64,000 nt of DNA from Acutalibacteraceae bacterium (GTDB lineage Bacteria > Bacillota > Clostridia > Oscillospirales > Acutalibacteraceae), in contig JAZQBA010000016.1 in assembly GCA_045545515.1 (NCBI GenBank), positions 59,785-123,784 of the forward strand. Reading direction: 5' to 3'. The stretch's first letter is position 1, and each line of letters starts with the position of its first letter. Shown in pieces: positions 17,524 through 26,200 of this stretch. The notes beneath the pieces are model-generated. The model ran no database searches. It was not told where the DNA came from and was given only the letters and a program-made list of their open reading frames with translations. The position numbers were made by a program, and so were the translations under genes.

Positions 17524-17551
17524 ATTATAGCAATTTTACACGTTTTGTCAA
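17524..17551 (-). promoter_or_regulatory. Sigma-A type promoter for galE
   Basis: Minus strand reads TTGACA-16 nt-TATAAT and overlaps the stop of the upstream capA-like gene. Confidence 0.65.
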
Positions 17552-18909
17552 GGTGTTGCGGGTGTTTCTTCGGGGAAACGCGGTGTTTGCCCGAGGAAGG
17601 TCTGGCATTCGCGAAGACCCGCACCCAAAATCCCCTTGGTGTGTTCATACGAAGCGGCCGATTTTTGCGCCGCCGTTCCGCTAAGGCCAAACTTAGCGCT
17701 GCCATCGTTCGGGTTTTCGAGCGGTATCATCTGATACTGCCACCCCGCACCGCCGCGGTATTTGTGGACCCAGGTCGGAATCGCATCAACAGCGGAAAGT
17801 ACCGTGGTGCCGTCGCTGTAGCGGTCAAAGGTGTAGGAGAAAAGCACGCCGTCCTCGGTGTAGCCGTTGGGGCTCAAACTGCCGAGTTCCTCGCGGCGCT
17901 GATTGGAGATACTGTTGCCCATTGAGTAAAGGCAAACGGTTTTGTGTTCCCCGCCCTCGGCGTGAAGAAGCGAGATCGGTTCCAACACGTGGGGATGACT
18001 GCCGACAATGACGTCGACCCCCATATTACAAAGTTGTTGCGCCATCGTTTGTTGCCAGGTGTTTTCTTTTAATTTATATTCGTTGCCCCAATGCATATAG
18101 AAGACCACCGCATCGGCGCCGCCTTTTTCCATCGCTTCAATCACGCTTTTCGCTTCGGTATAAAAGGCATCGATATTATCGTAGTTAAAGGAGTTGACCA
18201 AGGGGCCGCCCTCGACGGCGACAAGGTTGCCGTTGAGCGATTTTCTGCCCGGTGTGGAAGACACGTTTTCGTAGGTATAGCAAGCCATACCGATCTTCAC
18301 GCCGTTAACGTCCTGTATGAGGAAGGTCGGCTCGTCGGTGCTCGCGCGCGTGCCGACGTAGGCCATTCCCTTTTCTTTTAAGACCTGAACGGTGCGCTTC
18401 ATTCCGAAAAGCCCCGTGTCGTAACTGTGGTTGTTGGCCGTCAGCGCCAGATCGAAGCCCGCAGCGAGCAGCTCGTCCACCAAAACGTCGGGCGTGTTGA
18501 AAGCGGGATAGCCTTTATAAGACCCGGCCTGGGTTCCGCCCAGCGTGACTTCAAGGTTGATGACCGCTAAATCGGCCTTTTGGAGATAGGATTTTACATT
18601 CGGGAAAAAGGCCGAAAAATCGTAGGTGTCGCCCGATTTTGCGCCGTTGAGTACGGGGTTGTGAATGAGAATATCGCCCGTATTGATGACCGTTGCCGAT
18701 GAAACCAGACGTACCTTTTCCTCTTCTTCCTCTTTTGGGGAGGTTTGGGAAGTGGAATCCTCTTTTTTCGACGGCGTGTTTTCGTCCGACCCCGTGAGCG
18801 CCGAAATGACCCAGACAATCAGGCCGATAAGTAGCGCCAGCACAAGGGCACAACCCGCCAAAAAGATTCGTCTTCGGCGAATGGCCTTTCTGCGTTGTTC
18901 TCTGGTCAA
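17548..18909 (-). CDS. CapA family protein (PGA_cap metallophosphatase-like), membrane anchored
   Basis: N-terminal TM, then INTGDILIHNP and TANNHSYDTG motifs. TTG start with AAGGAGGGG RBS. Confidence 0.82.
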   Translation of the reverse strand: MTREQRRKAIRRRRIFLAGCALVLALLIGLIVWVISALTGSDENTPSKKEDSTSQTSPKEEEEEKVRLVSSATVINTGDILIHNPVLNGAKSGDTYDFSAFFPNVKSYLQKADLAVINLEVTLGGTQAGSYKGYPAFNTPDVLVDELLAAGFDLALTANNHSYDTGLFGMKRTVQVLKEKGMAYVGTRASTDEPTFLIQDVNGVKIGMACYTYENVSSTPGRKSLNGNLVAVEGGPLVNSFNYDNIDAFYTEAKSVIEAMEKGGADAVVFYMHWGNEYKLKENTWQQTMAQQLCNMGVDVIVGSHPHVLEPISLLHAEGGEHKTVCLYSMGNSISNQRREELGSLSPNGYTEDGVLFSYTFDRYSDGTTVLSAVDAIPTWVHKYRGGAGWQYQMIPLENPNDGSAKFGLSGTAAQKSAASYEHTKGILGAGLRECQTFLGQTPRFPEETPATP

Positions 18910-18994
18910 AACAGTCCCCTCCTTGATTGCTTCTATTCCCTTTTAATATACCACAATTCCTTTCTTTTCGCAAGACGGCATTTGTACGAAAAAA

Positions 18995-19021
18995 GGAACG
19001 GCACAAAAGGCCGTTCCCTAC
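18995..19021 (-). repeat. REP-like unit: GTAG + 8-bp hairpin
   Basis: Minus strand reads GTAG-GGAACGGC-cttttgt-GCCGTTCC. Confidence 0.65.
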
Positions 19022-19040
19022 GAGATGTTGATATGGTTTT

Positions 19041-19080
19041 TTGTAGGGACAGGCGTCCCCGACTGTCCGCGCCCCTACAA
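19041..19080 (+). repeat. REP-like unit: GTAG + 6-bp hairpin, nested in an outer TTGTAGGG/CCCTACAA stem
   Basis: GTAG-GGACAG-gcgtccccga-CTGTCC-gcg, followed by an inverted CCCCTAC. The loop is 8/10 identical to the RAYT-linked unit. Confidence 0.65.
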
Positions 19081-19086
19081 ATAAAT

Positions 19087-19848
19087 TTAATTCTTAATCT
19101 TTTTGAGCGCCGCTTTTTCAAGGCGGGAGACCTGCGCCTGGGAAATGCCGATTTCTTCCGAAACCTCCATTTGGGTCTTGCCCTTCAAAAAGCGAAGGGT
19201 CAGAATCGATTTTTCGCGCAACGACAACTGTTTAATAGCCTCTTTCAGTGCAATTTCATCGAGCCAGTTTTTATCGTCGTTTCGGTCGCCAATCTGGTCA
19301 AGCACGTAGATGGTGTCGCCGCCGTCGGAATAAACGGGGTCAAAGAGCGAAATTGGTTCCACCACGCTTTCCAACGCTACCACCACCTCTTCGCGCGGAA
19401 TGCCGAGTTCTTTTGCAATCTCGCTGACGGTGGGTTCTTTCTGCGAAGTACGCATCAGTTTTTCCTTGGCCTGCATCGCGCGGTAGGCCGTGTCCTTAAT
19501 CGAACGGCTGACCCGAATAGCGTTATTGTCCCGAAGATAGCGGCGAATTTCCCCGATAATCATCGGAACGGCGTAGGTTGAAAACCGAACGTTTTGTGAA
19601 ACATCAAAGTTATCAATCGATTTAATGAGCCCGATACACCCCACCTGAAACAAATCATCCAGATTTTCGCCGCGCCCCGTGAACCGCTGAATCACGCTCA
19701 AAACCAGGCGCAAATTTCCGCTGATCAGTTGCTCGCGCGCGGCAGCATTTCCTTCACGCACGGCGTGCAGCAACCGTTCCTTTTCGGCCTCTTTCAAGAC
19801 CGGTAATTTCGACGTATCTACCCCGCAAATACTGACCTTTTGATACAT
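19087..19848 (-). CDS. sigG: Sporulation sigma factor SigG (forespore late)
   Basis: KVSICGVDTSKLPVL N-terminal signature of SigG. Regions 2-4 are near-identical in pattern to B. subtilis SigG (GNLRLVLSVIQRF, FSTYAVPMIIGEIRRYLRDN, GISQAQVSRLEK). Start set to ATG 19848. Confidence 0.93.
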   Translation of the reverse strand: MYQKVSICGVDTSKLPVLKEAEKERLLHAVREGNAAAREQLISGNLRLVLSVIQRFTGRGENLDDLFQVGCIGLIKSIDNFDVSQNVRFSTYAVPMIIGEIRRYLRDNNAIRVSRSIKDTAYRAMQAKEKLMRTSQKEPTVSEIAKELGIPREEVVVALESVVEPISLFDPVYSDGGDTIYVLDQIGDRNDDKNWLDEIALKEAIKQLSLREKSILTLRFLKGKTQMEVSEEIGISQAQVSRLEKAALKKIKN

Positions 19849-19874
19849 ACGTTTCGCCACCCTCTTTCGGTAAA

Positions 19875-19903
19875 ATTATTCCCGTAAAGAGGGGTGAATA
19901 AAC
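19875..19903 (-). promoter_or_regulatory. Forespore (sigma-F/G type) promoter of sigG
   Basis: Minus strand reads GTTTA-15 nt-GGGAATAAT, close to the GYATA-N15-GGnnAnAnT sigma-F/G pattern. Confidence 0.55.
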
Positions 19904-19997
19904 GGCAGATAAATTTTTTCATTCGACAAAAAAGACTTGAAAATTTGAACGGGGATTGTTCAAAAGATAAGACTGTCCGTTTGGGTTTTGTTTATGC

Positions 19998-20023
19998 GGA
20001 ACGGCACATAGGCTGTTCCCTAC
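19998..20023 (-). repeat. REP-like unit: GTAG + 8-bp hairpin
   Basis: Minus strand reads GTAG-GGAACAGC-ctatgt-GCCGTTCC. It is a direct repeat of the unit at 18995-19021. Confidence 0.65.
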
Positions 20024-20040
20024 AATATATCAATACCCAT

Positions 20041-20083
20041 ACAACAAGAAAGACCGCCAACGCGCATTTTCACGTTGGCGGTC
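20041..20083 (-). terminator. Terminator of the giant-protein / small-ORF transcription unit
   Basis: gaccgccaacg-10 nt-cgttggcggtc 11-bp stem. The minus strand continues TTTCTTGTTGT. Confidence 0.8.
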
Positions 20084-20096
20084 GATTTACTGTTGA

Positions 20097-20213
20097 TTAG
20101 AAGATCGGCAATTCGCCTTCTTCACCCCAGTGAGGACGGCTAATGGTAATAACGTCTTGTGTCGTCAACTCACAAACCGAGAGATCGGGTTGTAAATATT
20201 CTTTTTTCTCCAT
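20097..20213 (-). CDS. 38-aa small ORF (MEKKEYLQPDLSVCELTTQDVITISRPHWGEEGELPIF), absent from the ORF track
   Basis: ATG 20213 preceded by AAGGAGG (overlapping the giant gene stop) with a 9-nt spacer. TAA at 20097-20099. The terminator lies 14 nt further on. Coding status is unproven. Confidence 0.55.
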   Translation of the reverse strand: MEKKEYLQPDLSVCELTTQDVITISRPHWGEEGELPIF

Positions 20214-20227
20214 TACCCTAAACCTCC

Positions 20228-23200
20228 TTAAGCCTCTGCCGCAGCTATTGCAGCCTGAGCGGTCTCGTAACTACTGATCTTCTGCCAGACCTCGAAGTAA
20301 CGTTTGGACTTGATGTGGAAGTCGGTCAAGCGCAGTAACAGGTCACGCAGGTTGTTGCTGACGCCGTGGCCGCCCGTACCCTCTTCTCCATCGTAGTTAT
20401 ACGTGTCGAGTACGCGGCTGATGTAACCCATCGGGCTGACTTTGATTTCTCTCGATTTTACCCCACCGGGACCCATAACTATAATGGTGAATCTTGCATC
20501 CAGATCGGCAACCGAAAGACCGCTGATGGTGATTGACTTGATATTGCCGCTGTACGGTTTTGGATCACTATCGATGTTGCAACGCACGTTCTCATTAGCA
20601 GATGTAACCAAAACTGTTTCATTACCGGTCCAATCGCCTTTAAGGTAAACCTTCAAGGAAATATTGGAAGTGAGCACCAAACTGGTACCGTAGAGGTAGA
20701 TGGGGTTTGTATCGTCACCCTTCGGCGTATCGCCAAGAACTTCATAGTTATTAGCGCCATCCTTGGGTGCTGTACCAATGTACTGGTTGCCTTCCTGCGA
20801 CCATACGTGCAGATTCTCTCTCAATTCCGCAATCGAATCGTGATAATCTCTGCTGATCTTCTGGGTATCGTAACTGATAAATTCTTCCAAACGGTCGGTC
20901 GGATAATCACCGTGGTGATACGGAATACCGTTTTCATCCAAGCCCTTGTCACCGGGACAAATGTCCCAACCGGGATGCGTACAGGTACTGTTCACGCGGT
21001 AGTAGATCTGTGCGATTCGGCCGTACTCGAGCATTGCAGCCAGTGTAGCCTTTAAGGAAACGGGGTACTTGCCGCTTTCATGCTCACCCGTTTTCACCGT
21101 TCTGGTGTCATAAGGATCGTTTACCAGGTCCTCGTCATAATTTTCACCTACAGACCAATAAGCCCATGTGGAGTCTTCCTCGAGAATCTTGTAAGCATAG
21201 TCTTCAATCGAGGTGGTTACCATTGCAACCTTCTTGCCATCCTGCACATAGTAGAACTTAAACTTCTCACTCATGCGCGTAGCCGTCAACGGCAACTGAT
21301 ACTTATAGGTCGTTTCATCCTCAGTCTGTTTGACGGGTGTTGGCGCCAACTGCTCGTTGGTATCGCCGTTATAATCTGAATAATAAAGTTCGGTGTTTGC
21401 ATTGCCTTTCACCGTGTAGTACATATTCAGACCCAGGGAAGCATCGGCAGCGGTGCCGTAAGGCTGGATCAGCGAAACGCTGGTGCCGTAGTAATCGTAT
21501 GCGAGATCGGCTACAAGCTTGATGCTCGGAGCCAGCATCAAATAAGCATTTGCACTGGAACCATCCGACCAGCCCTCGAAACGGACAACGTCGTTTTTGT
21601 CGAGTTCCAGAACCAACTCTTCGAATTCGGTGTATTGACTGGTGTCTGTGCCAACATACGGTTCGCCGTTGGCAGGCCAGATTTGTTTGCCGTTAAGGGT
21701 TACTACCATGTAGTTGGTAGCATTCCTCGACTCAATGATCGGGCAGGTGATGCTGTAGGTGCTCAATGCAGGTACCGTAAACGTTACTGCCGCGCGCTCG
21801 TCTGCATCGGCTGTATCGGTCTTGCGTGCGTGCAGTTTAACACCGGCGCCAATCTCAACACCGGGCCAGAGGACGTTTTCGTCTGCCCAAGATCCGCCGT
21901 TGACCGTTTGGTCTGCCGTGGCCTCTTGCGGATAGAAATTCGCCGCATTTTCCATCAGTTTTCCGGCCGTCCACTTCATATCGGAAGCGGTGTTGCGGTA
22001 TTCTGCCTTCCAGTTGGAGTTTGCCCAACCGAACAGGCCCAAGTCTACGGTGCCGGATACCTGCGCATTTTCAAATACGTTATCGTGAATTTCAGAACCT
22101 GCCGAAGGCTTGTTGACAGAAGAGTCCGTGGGACGGCTGGAAACCTCGGTGTTCGGGGTGGTGTCGGCAATCAGCGTGTTCTGAGCAAAGAGTGCGTTAC
22201 CCGATTCAGAACGCAGATAAATCTTACCGACCTTGTGGTTGACGTACTTTTCAGCGCCCGGAACTTCACCCATAACGTTACCGTTTACGCGGTAGGTAAT
22301 GCCGTCGTAGTAGTAGACTTCGCGACCGTCGAGATAGACGACAAAGCCGTCATCCATACAGGCTACGCGGACATCGTGCCACTTATTCTGCCACTCATCG
22401 TGGGTGTAGCCAAGATTCGCGACCGAAATGGTGGAATAGGGGAAAATGTTGGCGTGTTCGTCGGCACCGGCGTAAATGGATATATTGTTGCGGTGGAAAC
22501 CGATCTGCAATTCCTCGCGGACCACAATTTCGCCGCCGTACCACCAGTTACCGGTTCCACGTTCCAGGTCACCGATATACATCTTGGTCGTGAAGGTGAA
22601 ATCATCGAACACACCGGTTCCACAGGGACTGGTGAGGGTCTCGTATGCGCGGATGTAACGGTTGAGCTGTTTATCCAAAAGGCCGAGGGCCGAACCGTAA
22701 TCCGTTTCCTTTACCGTCCAGAATTTTCCTTGCGGATAGGCGGTAGCGGTTCTGTCCAACGTGTCAGCGTTAATACCGAGATTCAAAGCTTCGATATTGT
22801 TACCCTGCGACTGATGAACCGTTATCGGCGCATTCTTAAAGGTCAGTGCTGTTTTGCCACTGTTTTGAATCTCGATGGTCGTGGCTGCGGTCGTGGTATC
22901 GGCAACGTCGAAACGTTTTTCCTCACCGTTGAGGAGAACGGTGTAGCGTGTGCCGATTCTCGTAGAACCGTTCATAATCTTGGCCGCGCTGATTGCGAGG
23001 TCATAGCGACCGTCGAAGCCGAGCATCGGCTCATCAAAGTCGATTTCAACCGACTTATCATTCAGACTGGTCAGTTTGTAGGTTCCGTTGCCGAGTGCCA
23101 GTTGATACTTACCGGCAAACTTGATGTTCACGGTGCCGTCCTTGGTTGCGCCCCAAAGGCTGAAACGAGCATCCGTGTCGATCGGAACATTGTTGAAGAC

Positions 23201-26200
23201 AGCATTGGTGCCTGTATGAAGCACGTCATTCGCATCCGCTTTGGCAGTTGCGTCAAAAGAAGTCTTTAACGCATCGTAATTTTTGAGCGGTGCGTTCTGA
23301 ACGGTGACGTTCCCGGTCCAGGTCATTTTGGGAGCGCCCCAGACGGTGGCATTCGCCTCGCTGCGAACTTCTACGCGCAAGGTGTCGCCCTTTTCCATTG
23401 CGATGTTGTAGATGGGCTCAATATCGACAGCTGCATCTTTGCTCAGGTGATACCATCCACCGGCGGTAGGCCACAGGGTTACGCCGTCCTTCACGATACG
23501 AATATCCGCATCGTTATCTTTCGCAATGAAATGAGAAATTCGACTCAAAGTATTCCAATAAAGGTCATTTTCCTCTTCCTTGTGCGAATCAAAGGTGTAG
23601 ATACCGGATTTGGGTGCTGTAAAGACGTGGGCTACCTTTTCGGTATCCGCGTTCGTATACAAGCAGATATATTCGCTGCTTTCAGCACGAATAGCAGGGT
23701 ATTCCGAATCCGTTGTTTTTTGGGCATAAATACCCCAACCGTCGGTAGAAAGATGCGTAAACTCATTCCAGGTTTTGGTGGCACCCGTATACTTGGTGCC
23801 GGTGTATGCATCTTCCAAATTCTGCAGACCGTACCAGGCGGCCGACCAGGCCGAGCCACTGGAAGCCACCAGCATGGTGTTGTGTGTGGCAGCAGTTGCC
23901 GCATCGGTTCCATTCTTCGAATAGTTACTTGCCAACGAATTGGAATAATTAACCGAACTATAGACGTTCGAGGTGTTCGGGGTCTTCAGCGCAACGTCAG
24001 CCAGACCGTAGATACGGCTCTGGTAAACACGGCCCAAACCATGGTTGGTGAACTCGATGCGCAGAACGTCATCCTTCTTAAGACCAATGGAATTGAGCGT
24101 CGGAATGACGATACCGTTTTCTTGGGCGCCAAACAGGGCAAATCCCTCGCTGTCCCGCGTGGCGTCGCTTCCGCCGTTCCAGATGATGCGGCCGTTGACT
24201 GTAATGCGCACACCGGACTTTTCGTTCTCGCCGTATGCTTCGTGCTGCGCAAATTTATTCTTCGGTGTGGAGTTTTGCATTTTGTCGGCGTTTGCGGGTT
24301 TCAGTTCATATTCACCGTCAACCGGGGCGGTAAAGACGTAGGCCACGTCGGTTCGCGTTATCGTTCCGTTATCATTTGCACGAATCGGCGAAACGGCCGC
24401 CCAACGAACGTCATTTCGGTCGGCTTCAAAATCATCCGGATAAACGAAGTTAAAGCCGGGATAGTAAACACCGCCAGCTGCGTTTTGGTCGGTAACGTAA
24501 TAAGTGGTTTTGTCGGCAAAATGATAATTCGTTCCGAAACGATACCAATCCTGTGACGTGCTGAACGTATCTGCACCGGCAGCCTTGGTCATGATTTTGG
24601 ACTGTATCGACCACGGCGAAGAGGACAAGATTTGTGTGCCCTGCTTAAAGGACTGCTGAATATCGGCAAAGTGGCTGTAAATTTCAAAGTTCTTTGCGCT
24701 GTCGCCCGAGAAGTCTTTTTCTCTTAAGGCAACCTCTACCGTGCCGCAAATACGGTTATAATAGGCAAACTCTGCCTCCGAGAGGGCCGCAAATTCCACA
24801 CGAAGTACGTCGCCCTTTTGCAGACCAACGTTCATCAGTTTGGGAATGTCTACCGGGGCGTCTTTTGTAATAACGGCCCAGTTGCCGGATACGGCACCGG
24901 TATAGTGCGTGTTCGGCCAATACTGCATATTGTTGACCGTAATGCGCACACCACACTGCTGGGTTGTCTTTAGGTCGTACATCGCAAACTGTTCGTCACC
25001 GACCGAGGGACCAAAGCCGTAGGTACCCGATTCGGGTGCGGTGAAGCAATATGCCATCTGGTGCGTTAGCGTTTTATTGTTAATTTTAACGTTCGTCGGT
25101 GCAATCAAGCTGTGATAATCGACCGCGAAGGTTTCACCGGTCAGCGGCTTGATATAGGCAAAGAGCGGGTAATCCAAAGAACCGTTGGTATCATCGTTCA
25201 CGTAGACGATGCTGGTATCGTGCTCGTGGATCGAAACGCTCTGGGGAGGATAATCCACCCAACCGGCATTTTCGGTTTCCTTTTGCTGTACCGACCAGGG
25301 TGTGGTGGTAACGAAATCCGAGTTGAAGTTCAGGTCACCCGTAGCGCTGCCGAGTTCGGCAAAACGGTGGGCTTCCAACTCTTTCTCGTAGTCGGTAAAC
25401 TTGTAGAGCGTTTCATAGTCGCCGTAAACGCTGGGCTCTACATAATCCATTCTCACCGAACCGCTGATACGACCATATTGGGCATAACCACCGATTGTAA
25501 GAGAACGGAATTCCAGACGGACAACGTCTCCGTTTTTCAGTTGCATATCCAACTCGGGAACGATCGCGGGGTGATTCCGATCAAATTCAACGTCGTAAAC
25601 GCTGGTTCCGTTAATCGTCACGCGAAGTCCGAAGGTAAGGTTTTTGACCTCGGCCCTATGGGGATTGGTCTCATAAAGCGGGCGGAAATAGTTACACTCG
25701 GTGACCGATCGGATATCATCGTAACTCAGGTTACCCAAATGGTATTTACCGGTGGCACCGGCCGTAAACTGATAACCCATTTCGTGGTAAACACCACCAT
25801 CCCGATAAGGCGCGATAATGTTGATTGCCTTATCTCCCGCTTCCTTATCCCTAAAGCCAAAGTTTGGCCAGGACGTCGGATTATAACTTGCCGGCGTGAC
25901 GTAGTGCGTTCGGTCGGTCTCACGGAATTCCTTTAAGTAATTTTCATCCACACCGGGGCGCACTTCGGTCCAACTGCCGTTTTCCCCATTTTTATGTACA
26001 ACGCGCCACGGGGACGAGGAAATCGGTTCGTTCTTCATATCGTATTTATGACCGTTCGCATCATCGCCGGATACCCACTTTCGGACATCGAAAACCGCAT
26101 CGGTATAATCCGTAAGCGGATAACTTGTAACAATCGAATCTTCTCCGGGCGTGGTCAGTTCCATCTTGAAGTTGCTGTAAATGGAACGGTACCACTTGTA

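Noticed and set aside
19041-19080. Treating the GTAG hairpin after sigG as its rho-independent terminator.
   Set aside because: On the sigG coding strand the hairpin is followed by an A-run, not a U-tract. Its architecture matches the REP-like units instead.
20097-20213. Calling the 38-aa ORF a lasso-peptide biosynthetic gene cluster.
   Set aside because: Only the leader-like motif is present. There is no cyclase, protease or RRE gene nearby and no canonical core, so it is kept as a hypothesis in findings, not as an annotation.
20228-21500. Cell-wall anchor (LPXTG), dockerin, SLH, Rhs/toxin tip or C-terminal TM in the giant protein.
   Set aside because: None of these signatures is visible in the C-terminal 425 aa, so no anchoring or toxin call is made.
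21635-23269. 544-aa plus-strand ORF, and several other 60-370-aa plus-strand ORFs between 20.4 and 26.6 kb (e.g. 23447-24556, 25112-25936).
   Set aside because: They are antisense shadows of the 2271-aa minus-strand gene, which has a signal peptide, an RBS, a promoter and internally consistent repeat motifs. The shadow ORFs are R/G/V-rich and low in complexity, and they lack RBSs.
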